This document shows, piece by piece, positions 56,833-64,000 of a stretch of DNA of 64,000 bases. This DNA comes from Verrucomicrobiota bacterium (lineage in GTDB: Bacteria; Verrucomicrobiota; Verrucomicrobiia; Opitutales; Seribacteraceae). The stretch spans positions 57,271-121,270 of the forward strand of contig JAQBYT010000009.1 of the NCBI GenBank assembly GCA_027622665.1. The letters run 5' to 3'. The position numbers and the translations under genes were made by a program. The notes beneath the pieces were generated by a model. That model had not been told where the DNA came from. It saw only the letters and a program-made list of their open reading frames with translations, and searched no databases. Every line of letters begins with the position of its first letter. Positions within the stretch are counted from its first letter, which is position 1.

Positions 56833-59800
56833 TTAATCCGTGAAGTCCGTGCCGTCTGCGTTTATCCATTTGGTGTCGGAATACCGGTAAAACTTTCGCT
56901 TGCCGTTGCTGGTCGTGAAGTAGAGCCAGCCTGCGTGCGTTGAGGAATATAAATACTCAGCTTGAGAGGTTGAAGACGCATCGTAGTATGTAGACCCTGT
57001 CCAGAACCACCCCAGCTCGGCATCGAAGAACCAAAAGTTTCCGGAACCTGCGTCCGTCGAGTATAGCCAGCCGTGAGTTTCATGATACACCCAACCCGCC
57101 AAGGCATCGTAGAAGTTGCCGAGCCATGAGAGGTTGTACCAATCACCACTAGCTGAAGCATCAATCTTAGCCAATCCGGTAGCCAATGCAGAAACCGATG
57201 CATTGGAAACTGGTGCTATGTTTGTGAAGTGATCCGTCGTGGCATAGATTACACTGGCGTTTGAGTCGTAGGTACTGGATTTTAGTGAATCCCAACTGTT
57301 TTTCGTGGTGGAGTAGAATTTTGCCTCCATGTTGTCGGGATCGAGTCCCTTGGCGATGGCGGCGTTCTTATCTACGGGTATCTTCAAGATCACGTCTTTC
57401 TTGAAGTTGCCCTCGACTTTTTTGCCGGTCGAATCAAATAACTCGATGGAGTAGGCGTAGCTGGTCGGTTGATCACTGGCAGATTTCGTTAAACCCTTCA
57501 CGGTGGGGGTTACCACAGCTCGAACGGATGTTTCGGTCGACGCCACGTTTGCCGCACCACCCGGGATTGTCACTTCAGTTCCGTCGGGAAGCTTGGTCAC
57601 GAAGTCTTTTGAGGGATCGAAGGTGCCGTTGGTTCCTTCGGGAATTTTGAAGTCTGGTTTCTTGAGGGTAATGTTTAATTCGCTTTTAGTGTCCGCGTTC
57701 CTCAAGTCGGCATCCAACTCAACTTCCGCCAAGTAGATGGTTTCCGAACCGTTAGCTTCAACCTCTCCATAATCTGCTCCTACGTGCCAGACGACACCCT
57801 TGGGCACTTTTAGCTTGTATGAACCGTTGGCATCGGTTTCGCCTTCAATCACTCGACCGTCATCGGACCAAGCATACACGTATGCTCCGTCTAGGGCCGT
57901 ATTGTTGTCGTCCTTGACGATGCCTTCAATAAAATTGTCGTCGACAATCTTACCTAGCGATAAAGACAATCCGGATACGTTTGCTGACAAATCGACAGTT
58001 TTGACCTTTGGCTCAAGGTAACCGCTATCTCGAAGATCGTCGGGAAGAAAAGCGCCAATCTCATATTTACCGCCAGGGAGTACGGGTATAGAGAAAGTGC
58101 CGTTGGCATCGGTTTCCACTTCTTTCCGGAACTCGTCGAGGGTTCCCGTTCCTTCGCGGTGGGCCCATACGAAAACCGTGCCCGAGGTAATGGAAGCATT
58201 GTTTTCATCAAGAATGGAGCCGGATATGGAACCGGATGCACTTCGAAGAGAGAAGTCCTTCGACACGGATTCACCTGTCAATGCGATTACTTCGATTGGT
58301 TCCGGTGGATGTTGAGGCAAGTTTCGATCCTGTTCATCGGATTCGATGAAGTACCCAAGCGTCCAACGACCCGGAGACAAAGTCATGGAGAATGTGCCAT
58401 TGTCTTCAATTGGAGTCGTTTGCCAACCCCCACCGTCACCCTTGGCTGCATGAACCTCTCCGCTGAGACCAGTAACTCCTGTGCCGTTCAATTTCAAGGT
58501 TCCCGTAACGACTGCATCATTGGCCTCAAGATTAAAGGCGATTTCCGTCAGAGCCGTTCCGTTGACATCGCGAAGTGTACCATTTTGATCAAGTTGAAGG
58601 TACTTTTCAGCAGGGTTCGCATAGCCTGAACCAGGGGGCATCCAGAGACCCACAAAATATTCTCCAGGTACCGCAGGGAAGTCGAACTTACCTCGTGAAT
58701 CGACAGGTACTTCGGCCAAAATGTCATCGAATTCTTCTCCAGTATTTGCATCTCGAGCATAGGCCCAAGCATCTACATCCGTAGCTGCTTTACCTCCCGC
58801 ATAAACAGCGCCTTTAACGGTTGCTCCCGCTTCTTTGGCGGTGAAGTTTATCGATGCGCTCTGGTCATTGGTTAGCTTTACTCTTTTGGGTGGTGCGGGC
58901 AGGTAGGGTGGGACGCTGCCATCTTCGGCAGGCAACAACTCGAAACCGACTTCCCATTGCCCAGGCGAGACGGTTAGGTTGTAGGCGCCGTTGACGTTGG
59001 TGACGTCGGACACCCAGCCTCCTTTTTCGCTCCATGCCCATACTTCTACGTTAGGCAAAGCTTTTCCTCCGTCGGTCTTTACCGATCCCTCGATTTTTGA
59101 ATTGCGAGACTCGAGGTAGAAGTTTTCCAGGACAAGGGCGGTCTTCCCCACTCTGGCGAACTTGATTTCGCTGCTGCCAAAGCCCTTTAGTTCTGGAGAC
59201 ACCCATAAGGAAATTTCGTAATTACCCGGTTGTAGTGGTATCTCGAAACTGCCGTTGGAATCTAGGTCGAGATCCGTCCAGTTGCCACGACCTTCGTGGT
59301 CAAAAGCGTCAACCGAAACATATTGATAGATGTCTGCCCAAGTCTTGCCTGCAGGAGCTACAATGTGTCCGCTAACTTTACCTCCCGCCGCTTTGCTGAC
59401 TGTGAAGTTGACGCTCTTACTTTCCTTTCCGGAGTCTTTCCTGAAGGCAACTCTTTTAGGTTCCTTTTCGTAAGTCCAGTCGACTTTAACGTCGTGTGGA
59501 CGATATACCGTCACTTCCCATTTGCCCGGACCGGCAACGAGTTCAAAGCTACCGTCCGCTGCAGAGAGAATGGAACTCCATCCCTCACCTTCTTCTCGCC
59601 AAGCTACGATCTCTGCGCCGGTCACGGTATTATTGAAGTCATCGAATACGTAACCGGTAATTGTTTTCTTTGGCGGAGCCAAGTAGATGATCGGGTTGGA
59701 AACCTTTACGCTTGATTCATCGAGAGTGATACTTCCCTTACTCGTTTCGGCTTTAACTTGATACTTATAACTTTCACCGGGTTGTACCGAAATATCAACG

Positions 59801-62800
59801 AACGAGGTGATCTTGGCGGTTGGCTTGTCTTCATCAGAACTGAAGATACTTCTGAAGGACGATTCGGCGGATGCCTTTCGTTCTATATCGAAAGAAGTGG
59901 CTTTGACGCTGCTTTTCCATTCCAAGCGAATTGCGTTCCCGAGATTCAGATCCCGATCGGGATTACGGACGTTAAATGAAATCGGTTCCGGTCGTAGGGC
60001 GGAGAGTTGACCAGGAAGGTCAATCTGCAAGGCGTACTGACCTGCCTCTTGAAGGTTAAGAGAGAAGATGCCATTATCGTCCGTTTCACTAAAAGCCTCA
60101 TTAAAAGTAATGGTTTCCGGGTTGCCTGAGGCATCGTCGAAGTCTAAATCAGGAACTCCATCGCCATTATCATCTTGAAAAGCCCATATGTGAGCGTGGG
60201 TAAGGGGAGCATTGCGAGTCTCGCCTGTCGCGGGGTCTTTACGAGGGAAGAGGATTTTCCCGTAGACGTTAGATGATTGCAGGACCAAGTCTACGGTTTT
60301 GTTTGAATCGATCAAGTCGACGTCAATCGGAAGCGATTCGCGGAAACTCCGGAATGATTCTGAGTCGAAGGGAGGTTCGGCGAAAACTACCCAGTCATCT
60401 CTTGCCGGTAAATTCTTTAGTTCGAAACTTCCGTCTGCCCGAGTATTCACATGGTCTAGCCATAACAAATAGTCTCTGGTGTGCACGATAATCCGGGCCT
60501 TAGGCACTGCGGTGCCGTCTTTGGTCTTCACTGTGCCGCTGATCTTTGCGCCGGCAGGAACAGGTCCCGCCTCTTCTCCGTCTTCCTCGTCGTTATCCAT
60601 CCATGCGAATCCGAATCGTTCGGCTTCACTTTTCTCAAAGGCTTTAAGTGCGACTCTTGCCAGAGTTGTGGTATTGCCATCGGTCAGGGTCACGGGAGCA
60701 CCCTTTTCCCATGTGCTGTTACGCCATCCTCCAGTGCCCGAGTCGTTCACAATGCGGAATGCCGGCTCGTATCCATCGGCTTCTACTTGTATCTTGTAAG
60801 TGCCGCCGGGGACTTTCAATACATATGATCCATTGAAGTCCGAATTATCACCCTCAGGGTGGAATTGTCCTACGGAACGAACCTCGGGGAATATCACTTC
60901 TCCTTCTTGGTTTTCCGCATCATGGAAAAGAAACCATGCATATTTAACCGGAGCAGAGGTGTTTACATCTACGACTTGGACATGAACCGTGGCGGTTGGG
61001 CGAGACTCCAATCGGATGTTTATTCCGGCAACGCCGGCATCAGTGACTTGCACAATTTCGGCAGAAGCGAAACTGTCGGCATTCCCTTCACCACTCGTGT
61101 AATACGCCGGAAGCAGAGCACCGTCGAAACGTTTTGCCAATATCTTGTAGGAACCTGCAGGAATCTCTGCAGTGAAATGTCCCGTTGGTAAACCCGTTGA
61201 TTCATTATGTTCAACTTCGAATTGTCTGGGCCAAGTTATTTCTTCTTCTTCGTCTTGATCAACAAAGAGAACCTCTGCCCAAATTCCGTTGCCTTCGGCA
61301 TCCGTAATGCGTCCGCTAACTGTGGAAACCGAACGTTTTGTTAGTACGATTTCAGGTAATTCAAGCAATTGACCGGCTACTAAAGTAATGGACACGTCTT
61401 GATCGTTATAAGCGTTGTCCCATGAGACGACTTCTCCTCGGAAGGTTCCCGACGGTGCGTTTGATTTGATTTTTCCGTCATGCTCTACAAATAGCATATG
61501 AACGGGGTGGTCCGTAAGATCAGCGCCGTTTTCATCGATGGGGAACATTTCAATGGCAAGACCTTCTACCGGCTGTCCATCGAAGGTTACGGATCCAGTT
61601 ACTTCACTCATTTCGTGCGAAACTCTGATCTCAGCCTCTAAGTTGAAATCTTGGGTCAAAGTAGTGTTTGCATCTTGAATTGAAAAGGTGCGAGGAGTTT
61701 CGCGACCACCAGCCAGTACAGGTTTGTAAGATGTATCCGTAGCAGGGTCGTAGGCACTTGCCTCGACATAATAGATACCCTTCGGAAGCCTAGCGACAAA
61801 AGTGCCGTTGGTCTCATTGACTTCCAAGTCGAAGAACACCGGTTTTCCCGCGTAAATATCTTCACCCGCTGTTCGGTTTGCATCAATGATCCATATCCCG
61901 AAGTCACTCAATGGAGTTGGTGAACCGTTGATATTTGTAGTTACCGATCCACTAATCGAACCGAAGTCGTTCACATTGATGCTTGCAAACGGATCCAGCC
62001 ATGGATCACCAATCTGAATTTCACCCGGCCAAGAGGCGTTAACTAAGGAAACACCCAACATGGAATCGACGAAACCATCGCCATCAAAATCGATAAATGA
62101 ATTTTCGACGTCGTCATCGTCACTCTCGTCGTCATGGTCATCCTCCGCATCACCGATTGGACTGGTTTGGAGTCCACCTTCTTGGGCTAAACCTTCTCCA
62201 TGTTCATCCAGACCAAAATGCGTTTCGTCCAGTTTGAATTCATTTTGCGAATGAGCGTCGAAACCATCTGGTTCATATCCCTCGTAAGGGGTGCGGTGGA
62301 AATCAATGAAACTTAGTGTCCCGTCTTCACGCAATACGGCTGCTTTTAAGTCGTTTCGATCCCATATCCCGAACTTGTGTTGAATCAGTTGCTTTGGTAA
62401 ATATGCCTTCACGGATGTATTGGCATCAGATAATCCGTTGAGGCGGAAGCCAGTCACGGGATCCCACGGGGACGATAAATCCGGACCTTTTACGTCCTGA
62501 GGAATGACGTTTGCCACGAAGAGGGCTCCATCGTGGAAACGCTCACCACCCATTTCCACGAGAATGCCGAATGTGGATGAAACCGAGTCGTTGGGGTTGT
62601 GGTTGGAAGCGACGGGGTCGACCGTCTTGGCTTGAATCGTGAATGACCCGGGCTTGTCCCACTCCGGGCGACGATGCTTGAATGCGGTTACGTCGGCGCC
62701 GCTTACGGCAAAGTATCGAGGAGGGCCCATCGCGTAGGTGAAGGTCAAGTTTAGTGATGTGTTGGCGTCAAGAACGGTGGAAGCTAAGTCGAAGTCGGCG

Positions 62801-63999
62801 GCCGAGGCGTTTCCTTCGACGGACGACTTGTTCAAAAGGGCGATGCGGTAGAGCATGCTGCCTTCATCGTCCCCATCCAATTTTTTGATGTGTACGAATG
62901 CGTCTGATCCATTGCCGCCATTCGTTTTGGCAGGACTTGTTTCTGTGTCTTGCACGAAGTTGCCCCCATTGGAGGAAGTCCCCCACTTGGATCGACCAAC
63001 GTCGAATTTCAGACCGGCGTCGACTTGTTGGAGGCGTTCCTGCCAAGGGTCGCGGACCCCAATCTCGGTTCCGTTCGCATCAAAGATGATTTCTCTCTCG
63101 TCGTTAAGGTGAGCGACGAACTCCATAATTCCATCCAAGCCAAGTCTTTCCTCCACCCAATATCCAATTCCTTGTTCGCCGTCCTTGTATTTTTCGTTCA
63201 GAATGTTCGTTGCAGTCGATGGGAGTTCCGGTTCTTTCCATTCCTCAAAATCAGATTTTTCGTGTTCATGCGTGTGAACGATCTTTCCATTAGAATCGAT
63301 TGCTACCTCAAGCTTTTCCCCTTCCGCATTTTCAATTACGGCAAGGTAGTAGAAGCTTTTCTCTTCTCCTGCGGAAACCGGTTCCAAAGAGAATTCCTTT
63401 TCCAGTTCGGTTATTTTTGAACCTGGGAAAGTTGTGTCGATCGATTCTTTAACCACCGCCGGGGAATTTGCAGGAGCAATTTCTTCTACTTCCGTGTCAG
63501 CGAAATCATCAGCATAAGTGGAGTGGAGGAAGGTCTTGTTCTCATCGAAAATAAGGATCTTCCCGTTATCTAGGGCAACTTCGTAAACAAAGCCATTTTC
63601 TCTAGCCGAGTCGAATAACTTTTCAGCCATCATGACTTTGGTACCTTCATAGTGTACCTTGTCGCCCATCCATGCATCGACAAAACCTTCGACTTCGAAA
63701 ATGGGTATACCCTGTTGAGCGGGTTGATGGTGTTCTTGACCAGCCTCTTGTTCATCGGTGCCCGCGGTCTGATTCCCTTCATCGTGCCCTTGTTCGCCTT
63801 GTTCGTCGGTGCCTGCGGTCTGATTCCCGTCGTCGTGCCCTTGTTCGCCTTGTTCGTCGGTGCCCGCGGTCTGATTCCCGTCGTCGTGCCCTTGTTCGCC
63901 TTGGTCATCGGTGCCCGCGGTCTGATTCCCGTCATCGTGCCCTTGTTCGCCTTGTTCGTCGGTGCCCGCGGTCTGATTCCCTTCATCGTGCCCTTGTTC
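56833..63999 (-). CDS. Giant acidic surface protein (>2380 aa, 5' end outside window): tandem repeats, PepSY/BLIP-like domains, carboxypeptidase-regulatory-like repeats, ZU5-like domain, Trp-rich C-terminal domain
   Basis: Translated by hand: frame open from 63999 into the track ORF at 63669; repeated ISG.V...G.P...A.V.......TD..G.F......G.Y units. Confidence 0.9.
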   Translation of the reverse strand, partial: EQGHDEGNQTAGTDEQGEQGHDDGNQTAGTDDQGEQGHDDGNQTAGTDEQGEQGHDDGNQTAGTDEQGEQGHDEGNQTAGTDEQEAGQEHHQPAQQGIPIFEVEGFVDAWMGDKVHYEGTKVMMAEKLFDSARENGFVYEVALDNGKILIFDENKTFLHSTYADDFADTEVEEIAPANSPAVVKESIDTTFPGSKITELEKEFSLEPVSAGEEKSFYYLAVIENAEGEKLEVAIDSNGKIVHTHEHEKSDFEEWKEPELPSTATNILNEKYKDGEQGIGYWVEERLGLDGIMEFVAHLNDEREIIFDANGTEIGVRDPWQERLQQVDAGLKFDVGRSKWGTSSNGGNFVQDTETSPAKTNGGNGSDAFVHIKKLDGDDEGSMLYRIALLNKSSVEGNASAADFDLASTVLDANTSLNLTFTYAMGPPRYFAVSGADVTAFKHRRPEWDKPGSFTIQAKTVDPVASNHNPNDSVSSTFGILVEMGGERFHDGALFVANVIPQDVKGPDLSSPWDPVTGFRLNGLSDANTSVKAYLPKQLIQHKFGIWDRNDLKAAVLREDGTLSFIDFHRTPYEGYEPDGFDAHSQNEFKLDETHFGLDEHGEGLAQEGGLQTSPIGDAEDDHDDESDDDDVENSFIDFDGDGFVDSMLGVSLVNASWPGEIQIGDPWLDPFASINVNDFGSISGSVTTNINGSPTPLSDFGIWIIDANRTAGEDIYAGKPVFFDLEVNETNGTFVARLPKGIYYVEASAYDPATDTSYKPVLAGGRETPRTFSIQDANTTLTQDFNLEAEIRVSHEMSEVTGSVTFDGQPVEGLAIEMFPIDENGADLTDHPVHMLFVEHDGKIKSNAPSGTFRGEVVSWDNAYNDQDVSITLVAGQLLELPEIVLTKRSVSTVSGRITDAEGNGIWAEVLFVDQDEEEEITWPRQFEVEHNESTGLPTGHFTAEIPAGSYKILAKRFDGALLPAYYTSGEGNADSFASAEIVQVTDAGVAGINIRLESRPTATVHVQVVDVNTSAPVKYAWFLFHDAENQEGEVIFPEVRSVGQFHPEGDNSDFNGSYVLKVPGGTYKIQVEADGYEPAFRIVNDSGTGGWRNSTWEKGAPVTLTDGNTTTLARVALKAFEKSEAERFGFAWMDNDEEDGEEAGPVPAGAKISGTVKTKDGTAVPKARIIVHTRDYLLWLDHVNTRADGSFELKNLPARDDWVVFAEPPFDSESFRSFRESLPIDVDLIDSNKTVDLVLQSSNVYGKILFPRKDPATGETRNAPLTHAHIWAFQDDNGDGVPDLDFDDASGNPETITFNEAFSETDDNGIFSLNLQEAGQYALQIDLPGQLSALRPEPISFNVRNPDRDLNLGNAIRLEWKSSVKATSFDIERKASAESSFRSIFSSDEDKPTAKITSFVDISVQPGESYKYQVKAETSKGSITLDESSVKVSNPIIYLAPPKKTITGYVFDDFNNTVTGAEIVAWREEGEGWSSILSAADGSFELVAGPGKWEVTVYRPHDVKVDWTYEKEPKRVAFRKDSGKESKSVNFTVSKAAGGKVSGHIVAPAGKTWADIYQYVSVDAFDHEGRGNWTDLDLDSNGSFEIPLQPGNYEISLWVSPELKGFGSSEIKFARVGKTALVLENFYLESRNSKIEGSVKTDGGKALPNVEVWAWSEKGGWVSDVTNVNGAYNLTVSPGQWEVGFELLPAEDGSVPPYLPAPPKRVKLTNDQSASINFTAKEAGATVKGAVYAGGKAATDVDAWAYARDANTGEEFDDILAEVPVDSRGKFDFPAVPGEYFVGLWMPPGSGYANPAEKYLQLDQNGTLRDVNGTALTEIAFNLEANDAVVTGTLKLNGTGVTGLSGEVHAAKGDGGGWQTTPIEDNGTFSMTLSPGRWTLGYFIESDEQDRNLPQHPPEPIEVIALTGESVSKDFSLRSASGSISGSILDENNASITSGTVFVWAHREGTGTLDEFRKEVETDANGTFSIPVLPGGKYEIGAFLPDDLRDSGYLEPKVKTVDLSANVSGLSLSLGKIVDDNFIEGIVKDDNNTALDGAYVYAWSDDGRVIEGETDANGSYKLKVPKGVVWHVGADYGEVEANGSETIYLAEVELDADLRNADTKSELNITLKKPDFKIPEGTNGTFDPSKDFVTKLPDGTEVTIPGGAANVASTETSVRAVVTPTVKGLTKSASDQPTSYAYSIELFDSTGKKVEGNFKKDVILKIPVDKNAAIAKGLDPDNMEAKFYSTTKNSWDSLKSSTYDSNASVIYATTDHFTNIAPVSNASVSALATGLAKIDASASGDWYNLSWLGNFYDALAGWVYHETHGWLYSTDAGSGNFWFFDAELGWFWTGSTYYDASSTSQAEYLYSSTHAGWLYFTTSNGKRKFYRYSDTKWINADGTDFTD
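63745..63999 (-). repeat. Coding tandem repeat, 51 bp / 17 aa, at least 5 copies
   Basis: EQGHD(D/E)GNQTAGTD(E/D)QG repeated up to the window edge. Confidence 0.95.
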
Positions 64000-64000
64000 G

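Noticed and set aside
63630..63986. 118-aa ORF MKGIRPRAPTNK...
   Set aside because: Alternative frame of the coding repeat; the giant-protein frame is open through this region.
63745..64000. CRISPR array
   Set aside because: Units are contiguous with no unique spacers, keep the reading frame of the giant protein, and no cas genes are present.

Overview
A 64 kb bacterial chromosomal segment. Gene content suggests a PVC-superphylum organism, probably Verrucomicrobia/Opitutales (inference). In order it holds: a partial hydroxypyruvate isomerase; a solitary M.HhaI-like C5 methyltransferase; tRNA-Ser(GCT) with a ~4 kb integrase-less islet bounded by a 36-bp att repeat; a MoxR/DUF58/vWA/prenyltransferase-repeat operon ending in a WD40 plus FGE-sulfatase protein; a sugar-acid catabolic cluster; a CzcCBA-like metal efflux system; an azurin/NRAMP/DUF1080/beta-propeller cluster; housekeeping genes (ftsY, aroB, lpxA, A-type Fe-S carrier, infC, crcB); and a cell-surface locus (protease, lone Wzm, GT4, SDR, and a >2380-aa giant protein running off the window end). 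The strongest unusual signal is that the giant protein is heavily enriched in Campylobacter-type N-glycosylation sequons (D/E-X-N-X-S/T), including a 51-bp tandem repeat with one sequon per unit. It also has an HF|T putative autoproteolysis motif just before a Trp-rich C-terminal domain that it shares with the unrelated neighbouring protease. Together these suggest a possibly undescribed surface-glycoprotein display system. Family assignments come from motif recognition by eye; no searches were run.
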